The notes: generated from the sequence alone by a model not told the origin. Numbered from the stretch's first letter, positions 47,060 to 55,830 are shown. The stretch: 64,000 bases of DNA from Parcubacteria group bacterium (GCA_041649415.1 JBAZND010000001.1:167128-231127), one strand, 5' to 3'. Made by a program: numbers and translations.

Positions 47060-47088
47060 TTGCGTTATACCTAGTGAATCGCTATAAT
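47060..47088 (+). promoter_or_regulatory. sigma70-type promoter TTGCGT-17 nt-TATAAT
   Basis: Consensus -10 located about 255 nt upstream of the surface-protein start codon. Confidence 0.55.
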
Positions 47089-47344
47089 GCGGTTTGAGCA
47101 AAGGCTTTGTGTGAGGCGAGGCCGTTGTTGTCCCGTATTGTGTTTATTTCCGTGCCTCACATGATAGTGAGGCTTTGTTGTTTTAGCCTAGCCTCGCTTA
47201 AAAATTTCGCTTTTAGGACCTCCCTGTTTCGGCAAGCTTGTCCACTCATCCTCACGAAGATGGTCGGCGGGTCGGTTGCGGATAGGGGAATAAGGTCATC
47301 TGAAAAAAACAAACAAAATCAAAAATTATCTGAATTTGTACAAA

Positions 47345-50300
47345 ATGAGTAAAATTGCACGCAAACTTGGAGTTGCCTTTATCGGTTTGGCAACCATTGC
47401 GAGTTTTTCTGTGCCTGCCTTCGGTCAAACGACTGAAGAGCTTCAGGCCCAGATTAACGCGCTTCTGGCCCAAATCTCGGCCCTTCAAGCACAGCTCGGC
47501 GGTTCTACTACTGGTGGTTCAACTTCTACCTATAACTTTACCCGCGACCTCACCGTGGGTTCTACGGGTGAAGATGTTAGGGCCCTCCAGCAGTATTTGA
47601 ACTCTAAGGGCTTTACTGTTGCCACTTCCGGAGCTGGCTCCGTTGGCAATGAGTCAACCTACTTCGGTTCGTTGACGAAAAATGCATTGGCTAGCTTCCA
47701 AGCTGCCAATGGAATTTCTCCTACTGCCGGATACTTCGGCCCCATCACTCGCGCTAAAATCGCGTCTCTTGGTGGCGGAACAACCGGTGGAGGAACTACG
47801 ACTCCTATCGGCGCTCCTTTGACTGTCAGTTTGGCCTCTACCACTCCGGCTGGGACCAATGTTTTGGCTGGTTCTGCGAATAACGTTGTCACTCGCTTAA
47901 CCTTCACCGCCGGAAATGATGCGGATGCCACGATCACCGGATTGACCATTAAGTCATTCGGTACTGCTGCTTTGAACGCCGCCGATATCGCTCGCGTTAA
48001 AATCTATGATGGCACCATCCAGAAAGGCTTGACCCAGATCCAGGTAAACGGTACTTCTACCTTTACCTTCGCTCCGGCTCTCGTCATTCCTAAAGGCACC
48101 TCTAAGACCTATGACGTCGTTGTCGATGTCGCCGCGACCGGTGTTGCTACGCCGTCAGCTACCGTTAAAATGGGTATCGAATCTGCCTCCAAAATTATTG
48201 GCAGCAGCTTCGGTGGCACTTTCCCGATAGTTGGTAATAGCAATACTATCGTTGCTGGTGGTTCTATCGGCACCGTTACTGTTACTGCCGGCGCTCCGAC
48301 TCCGACGAACAACACTTATGTCGGCGCCAAGGACGTTGTCCTCGGTAACTTCATTGTTACCGCCGGCACCAACGAAGACGTTAAGGTAACACAGCTTAAT
48401 GTCGCTTACGGTGGCGGCGCTGGTACTGCTTCAACTATCACTGATACCGATGTTTCTAACATCAGAGTTAAAGTTGATGGTGTTGTTACTGGTACTCCTG
48501 CCAACTTTGCTACTCGCAGAGCTACCATTGATCTCACAAACCCTGTCATCTTAACCAAGGGTACCTCTAAAGTATTCCAGATTATCGGTGACATCACTTC
48601 GGGCGCTGCTCGCATCATCGAATTGGATAATGCCTTAAACTCTATCAATGGTTTGGGTATTACTTCCGGTGTCGGTGTAACAGGTGGTGGAGTTGCTGGC
48701 GCAACCGCTCGCTTGGGTGCTACAAGCGCCATCACAATCGGAGCTGGCCAACTCTCCATCTCTGTTAGCAGTTCTTCTCCTGCCGGTGCTTCAGCTGTCG
48801 TTGTTCGCTCCATTACCCCCCAGGTCTTGGGCGTCTATGATATCCGCGCCGTTGGTGAAGATATGCTTGTTAACACTGTTACAATGACGATTGGTGGTGA
48901 TGCTGCTGCTGCTGGCTCAATCAGCAACGTTGGTCTTTATGATGAGACTGGAGCCTTATTGTCCAACCAAGTCACATTGGCTGCTACTGATTGGGATAAC
49001 ACTCCCACTACCCAGACATTCACGATGAACTGGTTAATCCCTGCCAACACAACTAAGAAGATGTATGTTAAGGGAACGACCAATACGATTACTGCTCCTG
49101 CTGCAGCTACTGTCACCTCGACTTTGGCTTTGGTTGGAGGTAGTTCTGTCGTTGCAACCGGTTTGTCCTCGTCAGGCATCGCTGGTCCGAACAACGTCAC
49201 TTCAGCATCGGTTTTGGCTTTACCGGCAATGACTATCAATGCCACTGCCACTTACCTTGCTGTTGGTGATAACACTACGACTGCCATTGATCAGAATGTC
49301 ATTGGTCCTGTCTCCCAGGTAACCCTTGGTTACTTGAAAGTTACGGCCCAGAACGAAGACCAAGACTATAGAAGGCTTCAATTCACTCCGGTTACATCAG
49401 TTGGAGATCTTAGTACCGTTGCTTCAGGCGTTGCCCTCTTTGATGGCACTACCCAAGTAACCAACTTTGTTGCTCCTCTGACTGTTGCTACGGCTCTAGT
49501 TGGCAGCAATTGTATTACCGCTACTGCTGGTGGAGGAAATGTGTTGGCTGGCGACGTCTGTTTTGCCGCTACCGACACCTTAACTCCTACTACTTTCGGC
49601 CTTAATACTCCGAAGTCTCTAAGGATTGTTGCCAATCTCTTGACTCCGGCTGCTGAAAATATAACTACCCGCCTCACCGTTGCTGCTACCAACCTTGAAA
49701 CTCTCGGTAAGACTTCTGGTGTTGTTGCCAGTAACGCTAATGCCATTGACCTTCGCACTACTAGCAGTCTTGGCACGGGCGGAACTTACACGACTCGTTC
49801 CAATGTTGTTGAGATTGTGAAAGACGCTACGTCTCCTTCAGGAAACGTTCGTGGAACCTTTACTACTCATGGCATCTGGAAGCTGACTGCCAATGGTACT
49901 GCAAACACTGTGAATATCGGCCGCATCGTCTTTACTTCCCGCGTCGGACTTCCGAACGTGGCTGGTAATCTCGCAACTGTTGCTATGTTCAGACTGTACA
50001 ATGTATCAACTGGTCAAGTTATCGCTTCTCAAGCGAGTCAGGTAGACAATGTTGCTGGCACGGTAACCTTTGACGGAATCGTCGGCACTCAGCTTCAGCT
50101 GACCCGAGGCGTTCCTCAATCGATTGCTTTGCAGGTAACTACTACCTCAACTGCCGTTTGGCCGATTAATACTCAATTGCAGTGGTCTGTCACGTCTGCT
50201 GCTAACGTATCGGTTGGTTCTTACGGTGCCGCAACTGACTTGGCTGTTGCCACCGACACAGACTTTGGTGCTGCGATCTTGCTTCCGACTCATGCAAATA

Positions 50301-50770
50301 CCACCGGTGGTATCTTGAAGACCGGTGTTGCTGGTGCCGCCTTCGTTGTTGGCACCGACCAGCTTTACTTAGTTGGAGTCGCTGGATCTGGTACGGGAGT
50401 TGTCACGGCTGGTGACACGCTCTTAATCCCGAATGCTGCTGACATAGCTGCCGGCCGCTACGCGGGACGCGTTATGGTTGCTGCCGATCCGGACGTTGTT
50501 GCTGGAACGGGTATCGTTGTTCCGACCCTTGCCATCACCAATACTGGTGCTGTTGGTAAGACTGGCGCCGCCGCTGCGGCTGGTGTCTACGGAACAGACG
50601 GCTTCTATATCAAGGGAGCTGCTGCTTCGGCTGCTACCGTTGAAGCTGGTGACATCCGTGGTTTAGGTGGTGGTACGATCCTTACAGGTAAAGACTACTC
50701 TGGCGCTATCGGTTATGGCGGCACTGTGTGGTCTATCCCTGCGGATGCGAACACTGTCACCCTTCCGTAA
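47345..50770 (+). CDS. Giant surface protein (S-layer-like): signal peptide, coiled coil, PG-binding domain, five or more beta-sandwich-like repeats
   Basis: Signal peptide MSKIARKLGVAFIGLATIASFSVPAFG, coil EELQAQINALLAQISALQAQL, and a PG_binding_1-like segment (GSTGEDVRALQQYLN...FGSLTKNALASFQAANGI). About 950 aa rich in T/A/G/V follow, with a recurring KGTSK-type strand motif. Codons are strongly T-ending (GCT, GGT, ACT, GTT). Confidence 0.75.
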   Translation: MSKIARKLGVAFIGLATIASFSVPAFGQTTEELQAQINALLAQISALQAQLGGSTTGGSTSTYNFTRDLTVGSTGEDVRALQQYLNSKGFTVATSGAGSVGNESTYFGSLTKNALASFQAANGISPTAGYFGPITRAKIASLGGGTTGGGTTTPIGAPLTVSLASTTPAGTNVLAGSANNVVTRLTFTAGNDADATITGLTIKSFGTAALNAADIARVKIYDGTIQKGLTQIQVNGTSTFTFAPALVIPKGTSKTYDVVVDVAATGVATPSATVKMGIESASKIIGSSFGGTFPIVGNSNTIVAGGSIGTVTVTAGAPTPTNNTYVGAKDVVLGNFIVTAGTNEDVKVTQLNVAYGGGAGTASTITDTDVSNIRVKVDGVVTGTPANFATRRATIDLTNPVILTKGTSKVFQIIGDITSGAARIIELDNALNSINGLGITSGVGVTGGGVAGATARLGATSAITIGAGQLSISVSSSSPAGASAVVVRSITPQVLGVYDIRAVGEDMLVNTVTMTIGGDAAAAGSISNVGLYDETGALLSNQVTLAATDWDNTPTTQTFTMNWLIPANTTKKMYVKGTTNTITAPAAATVTSTLALVGGSSVVATGLSSSGIAGPNNVTSASVLALPAMTINATATYLAVGDNTTTAIDQNVIGPVSQVTLGYLKVTAQNEDQDYRRLQFTPVTSVGDLSTVASGVALFDGTTQVTNFVAPLTVATALVGSNCITATAGGGNVLAGDVCFAATDTLTPTTFGLNTPKSLRIVANLLTPAAENITTRLTVAATNLETLGKTSGVVASNANAIDLRTTSSLGTGGTYTTRSNVVEIVKDATSPSGNVRGTFTTHGIWKLTANGTANTVNIGRIVFTSRVGLPNVAGNLATVAMFRLYNVSTGQVIASQASQVDNVAGTVTFDGIVGTQLQLTRGVPQSIALQVTTTSTAVWPINTQLQWSVTSAANVSVGSYGAATDLAVATDTDFGAAILLPTHANTTGGILKTGVAGAAFVVGTDQLYLVGVAGSGTGVVTAGDTLLIPNAADIAAGRYAGRVMVAADPDVVAGTGIVVPTLAITNTGAVGKTGAAAAAGVYGTDGFYIKGAAASAATVEAGDIRGLGGGTILTGKDYSGAIGYGGTVWSIPADANTVTLP

Positions 50771-50800
50771 TGTAGTTTCGCTGTAGCTCATAACAGCGCA

Positions 50801-50825
50801 AAAACTCCCCTTAAGGGGAGTTTTT
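50801..50825 (+). terminator. Intrinsic terminator after the surface-protein gene
   Basis: AAAACTCCCCTT|AAGGGGAGTTTT plus T. A second hairpin, CGCTGT...ACAGCG, precedes it at 50779-50798. Confidence 0.85.
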
Positions 50826-51000
50826 GTTTTCCCACTTTTATATTTAAAGGCGGTTATTCGCATTGTTCCTCTATATATCAATGTTATAATTTACCCATAC
50901 GGCTTGTACCTTGTGTCCACTTGCTTTTTGCTTGGTCGATAGTATCAGGGAAAGCTGTCAAAACTAAACAAATAAAAATTAATAAAATTATTTTGATAAA

Positions 51001-52362
51001 ATGATAAAACTTAAAAAATTAATTTCTCTATTGGGAGTTGCCGCTGTAATGCTGATGTTTGGAGCCGATTCAGCGTCGGCTGCAGCGATTACAAGCCCGA
51101 GCGACACGCTCTCAAATAGCGTTATTTCAGCTGCCTCTAGTCACACTATTACGTTCGTAACGCCCACTGGCGCCGGTAATAACACCGATACGATAATCCT
51201 GACTTTTCCCGCCGACTTCAACTTAACTGGCAAGAATATTGCCACGGTTACCTTTACTCACGGAGCGACAACCGGACTTGAAAATACGGAAGTTTTAGCC
51301 GCGGCTCCTTCTGCCACGGATTGGGGTGCGGTTTTTTCTGGAACGCAAGACAGAGTCCTCACATTGACCGCCCCTACTGATGGTATTGGCGCCGCTGAAG
51401 TGCTTGCTGGCGATAAAATAATTATCACTTACGATAATACGGATTCAGTTAATGCGAGCACGGCTAATAATTACAACATAGCTGTAAGCGGAACTTTTGG
51501 CGATTCCGGTAATGTGCCTGTAACGGTAAATCCTGCTGCCGTTACCGGTCTTTTCTGTCAGAGTCCTAATCAGGCGGGAGCAGTTTATCTTACATGGACG
51601 GTACCGGCAGGCGTTACCGGAGGGTATGTTATTCGTTACTCATCGGGTGATATTACTACCCAAAACTTGTTTAACGCCGCGACCGATTATGTGAATACAT
51701 TCGCGAATGGCACGCCCGGACAATCTTCCGGATCCAATCTCTTAATCGGTCTTGCGCCGAATGCCACCTATTTCTTCAACGTTGAGGCAAAGGGAGCTGG
51801 AACGAGCCAAGGCGCGATATCAAATACCGGCGTTGTTTGCCGCATTGGTGCTGGATCATCTTCAAGCACGACTATCGTGGCCAGTGCTCCAGCCTCTGCT
51901 ATTACGAGCCCTGTTGCTAATTCAAGCTTCCCCGCAGAAGACACCATAACCATTACTGGAACCAGCTCCGACAGTTCCGCTTCTTCCATTAATAGAGTTG
52001 AAGTTTCAACTGACGGAGGAACCACATGGGAAGACGCGGTGTTGCTTTCCTCTAATGATACAAATGGAATTGATTGGAAATACGAATGGAAATTACCCGC
52101 TGAAGGGCCGCACACCATTAAAACTCGCGCTACTGATTGGCAGGGGGTTATTGAAACCCCGGGTGACGGCATTACGCTTACCGTTGGCGCCAAACCCGGA
52201 ATAATTTATGTTCCCGCCGACCAGATTCCAAGCTCTTCTGCAACGTCTAATCAGCTTCAAACTCAACTGCAGACTCAACTACAGACGTTAAGAACGCAAC
52301 TCTTAAACTTGCTTATGCAGTTAGTAACTAAACTTCAAACGCAGTTGTTGCAGATTAGATAG
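51001..52362 (+). CDS. Secreted surface protein with C-terminal Gln/Leu coiled coil
   Basis: Sec signal peptide ending ADSASA. T/A/G/S-rich beta-type domains follow. The C-terminus is SNQLQTQLQTQLQTLRTQLLNLLMQLVTKLQTQLLQIR. It has its own TATAAT near 50885 and a leader of about 110 nt. Confidence 0.7.
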   Translation: MIKLKKLISLLGVAAVMLMFGADSASAAAITSPSDTLSNSVISAASSHTITFVTPTGAGNNTDTIILTFPADFNLTGKNIATVTFTHGATTGLENTEVLAAAPSATDWGAVFSGTQDRVLTLTAPTDGIGAAEVLAGDKIIITYDNTDSVNASTANNYNIAVSGTFGDSGNVPVTVNPAAVTGLFCQSPNQAGAVYLTWTVPAGVTGGYVIRYSSGDITTQNLFNAATDYVNTFANGTPGQSSGSNLLIGLAPNATYFFNVEAKGAGTSQGAISNTGVVCRIGAGSSSSTTIVASAPASAITSPVANSSFPAEDTITITGTSSDSSASSINRVEVSTDGGTTWEDAVLLSSNDTNGIDWKYEWKLPAEGPHTIKTRATDWQGVIETPGDGITLTVGAKPGIIYVPADQIPSSSATSNQLQTQLQTQLQTLRTQLLNLLMQLVTKLQTQLLQIR

Positions 52363-52380
52363 TTCATCGCGCAATTCCTA

Positions 52381-52413
52381 AACCAAAAAACGGGTTTTAC
52401 CCGTTTTTTGGTT
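52381..52413 (+). terminator. Strong intrinsic terminator
   Basis: AACCAAAAAACGGG-ttтta-CCCGTTTTTTGGTT read directly as a 14-bp stem with a 5-nt loop. Confidence 0.85.
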
Positions 52414-52682
52414 GCTTATCGGAACAAGTTTTCATCCCAAACGAATTTCATTATTCAGCTCTACTAAAAAAGTAAACGATGAACACCTTAAATACACATC
52501 TTTTATTAGCAGAATGAAAAAAAGTTGGAGCATTAAATAAAAAAAGGCCCCAGGAGGACGAAACCTCAAGGGAGCCTTTTCGTGATGATACACTCCCATT
52601 ATAAACTGTCGATAATCTTTACATCAAGACGGTAAAGAGGATTAAACTCGCTCCAATTCATCCCTTTCCTTATAATTAATCG

Positions 52683-54122
52683 GTGAACTCTAAAATTATT
52701 AAAAATGCTGTATGGCTGTTTTCCGGTCAGATAGTCGGCCGCGCGCTTCGGGCAATTCTCATTATTATCGCCGCCCGCTTGCTTGGCACATCCGACTGGG
52801 GAATCTTTTCTTACGCCATTTCGCTTGCCGCCGCCTTTACCGTTTTTTCGGACGTTGGCATCAACGCGCTTTTGGTCCGCGAAGGAAACCGCGATCCGAA
52901 TCTTGTTCGGAAGTATCTTTCAACTGGACTCGCGATTAAACTAGCGCTTCTCATTGTCCTGGCTTTACTCGCTGTGCTTTTAAAGGACGTCATTATTCGT
53001 ATTCCCGAAGCCGCAAGTCTTATTTATCTGATTATCATTATCTTTATCTTTGACTCGCTAAGGGATTATGTCTCTGCTCTCGCGCGTTCTTTTGAACGGA
53101 TGGACATTGAGGCTGAAGGACAAATCATTACGAATATCGGCATTGTCGCTTTCGGTCTTATGTTCTTATTTATCGATCCAACAGCCGCCCATCTCGCATT
53201 CGGTTACGTTTTGGGCACGTTAATCGGCCTTATCGCGGTTTTCCTGCCTCTTAGACATTATTTCAAAGGGCTTGTAAAGGAATTTAATCGGAAGTTAATT
53301 AAGAAGATTCTCGTTTCTGCTTGGCCTTTTGGTCTCGTAAGTTTAATGGGCGTGATTACGGTTAATACCGACACGATTGTTTTAGGTTCCATTGGCTCGG
53401 CTTCGGACGTTGGATTATTTGCCGCCGCCCAAAAACCCGTCCAGCTTCTTTATCTTATTCCGAGTCTTCTTGTTGCTGCTTTTCTTCCTACTCTTTCTCG
53501 TGAAGCGGAAAAAACTGGTCAATTCCGCGAAACGTTGGAAAAAGGTTTGAAGGCTGTTTATCTATTTGCAATACCGTTAGCTTTGGGTGGCGTTCTTGCG
53601 GCAAAATCCGTCATCCATTTGTTATACGGACCGGAATTCCAGTCGTCTTATATAAGCTTTGCCCTTTTATCCGCTACGTTCCTCTTTGTTTTTCCTTCCA
53701 TCTTTTTCACGAATGCCCTCTTTGCCAGAAACAGCCAAAAATCTTTTTACGGCTATCTGGCGATAGGCGTTCTCGCAAACGTCGCCCTTGATTTGGCGCT
53801 GATTCCTTTTTTAGGAATCGCCGGATGCGCTCTCGCAACCCTTATCGTCCAGATTACGCTTTTCGTCTACGGAGTGGTAAGACTCAAAAAATCACTCTCA
53901 TTTCGTGTGTTCCCCGACATTCACCGGATTATTATATCCACGCTCATCATGTCCACTGTAGTTATCGGCCTTTTGCTTTTGCATGCCTATCCGGCCATCA
54001 TTCTCTCAGCCGGTCTTATCGTTTATTTCTTAGCCCTCATTATTCTTCGTGAGCCGACGCTTAAGGAAATTGTGGAAGCTCTTCGCAAAAAACCCGGTCT
54101 TACCTCAAGTGTAGAGGTGTAG
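52683..54122 (+). CDS. Polysaccharide/oligosaccharide flippase (MOP superfamily, Wzx-like)
   Basis: About 12-14 TM helices. The N-terminus IIKNAVWLFSGQIVGRALRAILIIIAARLLG is typical of the family. GTG start lies 6 nt after TATAAT. Confidence 0.75.
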   Translation: MNSKIIKNAVWLFSGQIVGRALRAILIIIAARLLGTSDWGIFSYAISLAAAFTVFSDVGINALLVREGNRDPNLVRKYLSTGLAIKLALLIVLALLAVLLKDVIIRIPEAASLIYLIIIIFIFDSLRDYVSALARSFERMDIEAEGQIITNIGIVAFGLMFLFIDPTAAHLAFGYVLGTLIGLIAVFLPLRHYFKGLVKEFNRKLIKKILVSAWPFGLVSLMGVITVNTDTIVLGSIGSASDVGLFAAAQKPVQLLYLIPSLLVAAFLPTLSREAEKTGQFRETLEKGLKAVYLFAIPLALGGVLAAKSVIHLLYGPEFQSSYISFALLSATFLFVFPSIFFTNALFARNSQKSFYGYLAIGVLANVALDLALIPFLGIAGCALATLIVQITLFVYGVVRLKKSLSFRVFPDIHRIIISTLIMSTVVIGLLLLHAYPAIILSAGLIVYFLALIILREPTLKEIVEALRKKPGLTSSVEV

Positions 54123-54160
54123 AATATTGACATATGTGTATGCATTAATATACAATTCCT

Positions 54161-54373
54161 ACTAGAATGGTGAGCTGATCACTATTGGCTCATTCCATCT
54201 GTCGCACAGAACCCCTCACGGGGTTTTCGTGTTTTTACATATGTTAAAATAACGTTCGTGGATCGGAACGGGCCGGTAGTGTATACGATTAGCACACCAT
54301 TCTCGACAGATGGAAGAACGGGTTTAACTCCCGTCCGGTCCACGCCAAAAACCGCCTATTCGGCGGTTTTTGG
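54161..54373 (+). ncRNA. Unclassified structured RNA locus (leader or sRNA): hairpin + terminator-like hairpin + 90-nt module closed by a 14-bp stem + terminator
   Basis: Promoter TTGACA (54127-54132)-16 nt-TATACA (54149-54154). Hairpin at 54164-54204. ACCCC-tcac-GGGGT plus a T tract at 54209-54236. A module at 54258-54347 is closed by GTGGATCGGA(A)CGGG / CCCGTCCGGTCCAC. Terminator CCAAAAACCGCC-tattc-GGCGGTTTTTGG at 54345-54373. Confidence 0.45.
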
Positions 54374-54401
54374 TTCTGCTATACTTAAACCACAATTTAA
54401 A

Positions 54402-54578
54402 ATGACCGCTAAAACATTTAATTGGGTAATTCTTGTTTTTGGAATTTGGGTAATTTTATCGCCCATCCTTCTCGGTTCAGTCGGAACAATTCTTTTTTAC
54501 AGCAATACCGTCATTGGCGCCCTCTTGGTGGTTTTTGCTGTTAAGAATATAATGGGCGGAAAGAGCATTAAAATATAA
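54402..54578 (+). CDS. Small two-TM membrane protein (58 aa)
   Basis: MTAKTFNWVILVFGIWVILSPILLG...VIGALLVVFAV. The upstream part of the 106-aa track ORF covers the RNA structure and terminator and is rejected as coding. Confidence 0.5.
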   Translation: MTAKTFNWVILVFGIWVILSPILLGSVGTILFYSNTVIGALLVVFAVKNIMGGKSIKI

Positions 54579-54582
54579 ACCA

Positions 54583-54837
54583 ATGGTAAAAATAAAAATA
54601 TATTCCACTCCATTCTGCGGATATTGCAAAATGGCCAAAGACTTTTTTGACCAAAACGGGTTTTCGTATGAAGAAATAGACGTTTCAACGGACGAAACGG
54701 CGGCAAAAGACATGGTCGCTCGCACTAACCAAATGGGCGTGCCGGTGATTGAGATAGGGGATGAAATAATTGTCGGTTTTAACAAACCGCAGATAGAAGA
54801 AATTCTCGCTAAAGCAGGGAACAGTCCTGAAATTTAA
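54583..54837 (+). CDS. Glutaredoxin-like protein (NrdH/YruB-type)
   Basis: IYSTPFCGYCKMAKDFF carries the CxxC motif, and GVPVIEIGDEIIVGF fits a thioredoxin fold. Confidence 0.8.
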   Translation: MVKIKIYSTPFCGYCKMAKDFFDQNGFSYEEIDVSTDETAAKDMVARTNQMGVPVIEIGDEIIVGFNKPQIEEILAKAGNSPEI

Positions 54838-54844
54838 ACTTTCC

Positions 54845-55762
54845 ATGTATGATTTGGTCATCATTGGCGGTGGTCCGGCAGGCGTTTCCGCCGGAATTTA
54901 CGCCGCTCGAAAAAAAATAAAAACAGTTGTCATTACCGATTCTTTTGGCGGACAATCGGCCGTTTCTAGGAATATCTACAACTGGATTGGCACAAAATCA
55001 ATTTCCGGTTGGGAATTAGCGAAGAGTTTGGAAGAACATTTGCGCTCGCAAGAAGGAATAGAAATATTGGAAGATAAAGTCTCAGAAATTATTAGAAATA
55101 ACGGCGAATTTCTGGTTAAAACAGCTTCCGGAAAAGAAACCGAAACAAAAACTATTTTAATATGCGCCGGCGGTAAACATCGTCTTCTAAACGTCGCGGG
55201 CGAAGAAAAATTCATCGGTAAAGGGGTGGTATTTTGCGCGACCTGTGACGCGCCCCTCTTTAAAGGAAAAGAAGTCGCCGTTGTCGGTTCGGGGAACGCT
55301 GGATTGGAAGCCGTCATAGAATTGATTCCATACGCTTCAAAAATTTACCTTATTGAATTTAAAAGCGAGGTCAAAGGCGACCCAACGACTTATGAAGATG
55401 TCTTGCGGAGCGGCAAAACAGAAGTAATTTTAAACGCCAAAATAAAGGAAATATTGGGCAATAATCTCCTTACGGGCTTGAAATACGAAGACATAAATTC
55501 GGGCGAAGAAAAAGAATTAACCATAGAGGGCGTGTTTGTAGAAATTGGTATGACTCCAAACTCGGATATGGTAAAAGATTTAGTTGATTTGAATGATAAA
55601 GGAGAGATTGTGATTGATTATTCAACAGGCAAGACTTCCTTGAAAGGGATATGGGCTGCCGGAGACATAACAGATAGTGATTACAAACAAAATAACATTG
55701 CAGCAGGCGATGCCGCCCGCGCTGTTTTGGACATTTATTCTTACCTTCAAAAAAGAAAATAA
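54845..55762 (+). CDS. trxB: Thioredoxin-disulfide reductase
   Basis: GGGPAG FAD motif, redox CATCDA, and a second dinucleotide motif GSGNAGLE. Confidence 0.9.
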   Translation: MYDLVIIGGGPAGVSAGIYAARKKIKTVVITDSFGGQSAVSRNIYNWIGTKSISGWELAKSLEEHLRSQEGIEILEDKVSEIIRNNGEFLVKTASGKETETKTILICAGGKHRLLNVAGEEKFIGKGVVFCATCDAPLFKGKEVAVVGSGNAGLEAVIELIPYASKIYLIEFKSEVKGDPTTYEDVLRSGKTEVILNAKIKEILGNNLLTGLKYEDINSGEEKELTIEGVFVEIGMTPNSDMVKDLVDLNDKGEIVIDYSTGKTSLKGIWAAGDITDSDYKQNNIAAGDAARAVLDIYSYLQKRK

Positions 55763-55769
55763 TGACAAG

Positions 55770-55799
55770 TTATCCACAGAAGAGGTGTTGTCTGGATAA
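55770..55799. promoter_or_regulatory. Inverted pair of DnaA-box-like 9-mers
   Basis: TTATCCACA at 55770-55778 (perfect) and TCTGGATAA at 55791-55799 (reverse complement TTATCCAGA, 1 mismatch). Confidence 0.4.
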
Positions 55800-55830
55800 A
55801 GATACTGCTATAATTACCATCAGCGAAAGC

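Noticed and set aside
47107-47352. 81-aa ORF in the leader of the surface-protein gene.
   Set aside because: It has a TTG start, no RBS, and a Cys/Arg/Leu-rich implausible sequence. It coincides with the hairpin-forming repeats, so it is better explained as a structured 5' UTR.
52420-52682. Possible minus-strand small transcript or micro-ORFs between the surface-protein terminator and the flippase gene. A hairpin GGCCCCAGGAGG...CCTCAAGGGAGCC at about 52545-52585 is preceded by an A run, which would be a T run on the minus strand.
   Set aside because: The hairpin is imperfect. The candidate micro-ORFs (19-20 aa) lack convincing RBS spacing. No promoter could be placed with confidence. It is recorded only as a region to inspect in transcript data.
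54258-54401. N-terminal 48 codons of the 106-aa track ORF, and the idea that 54258-54347 is a tRNA-Sec or other tRNA gene (9-bp acceptor-like stem, T-arm-like hairpin, GCCA end).
   Set aside because: No D arm and no 7-nt anticodon loop can be drawn, and no UCA anticodon is present. The T loop has T instead of the conserved C at position 56. The CCA belongs to the following terminator stem. As protein, this part spans an intrinsic terminator. It is kept only as an unclassified RNA structure.
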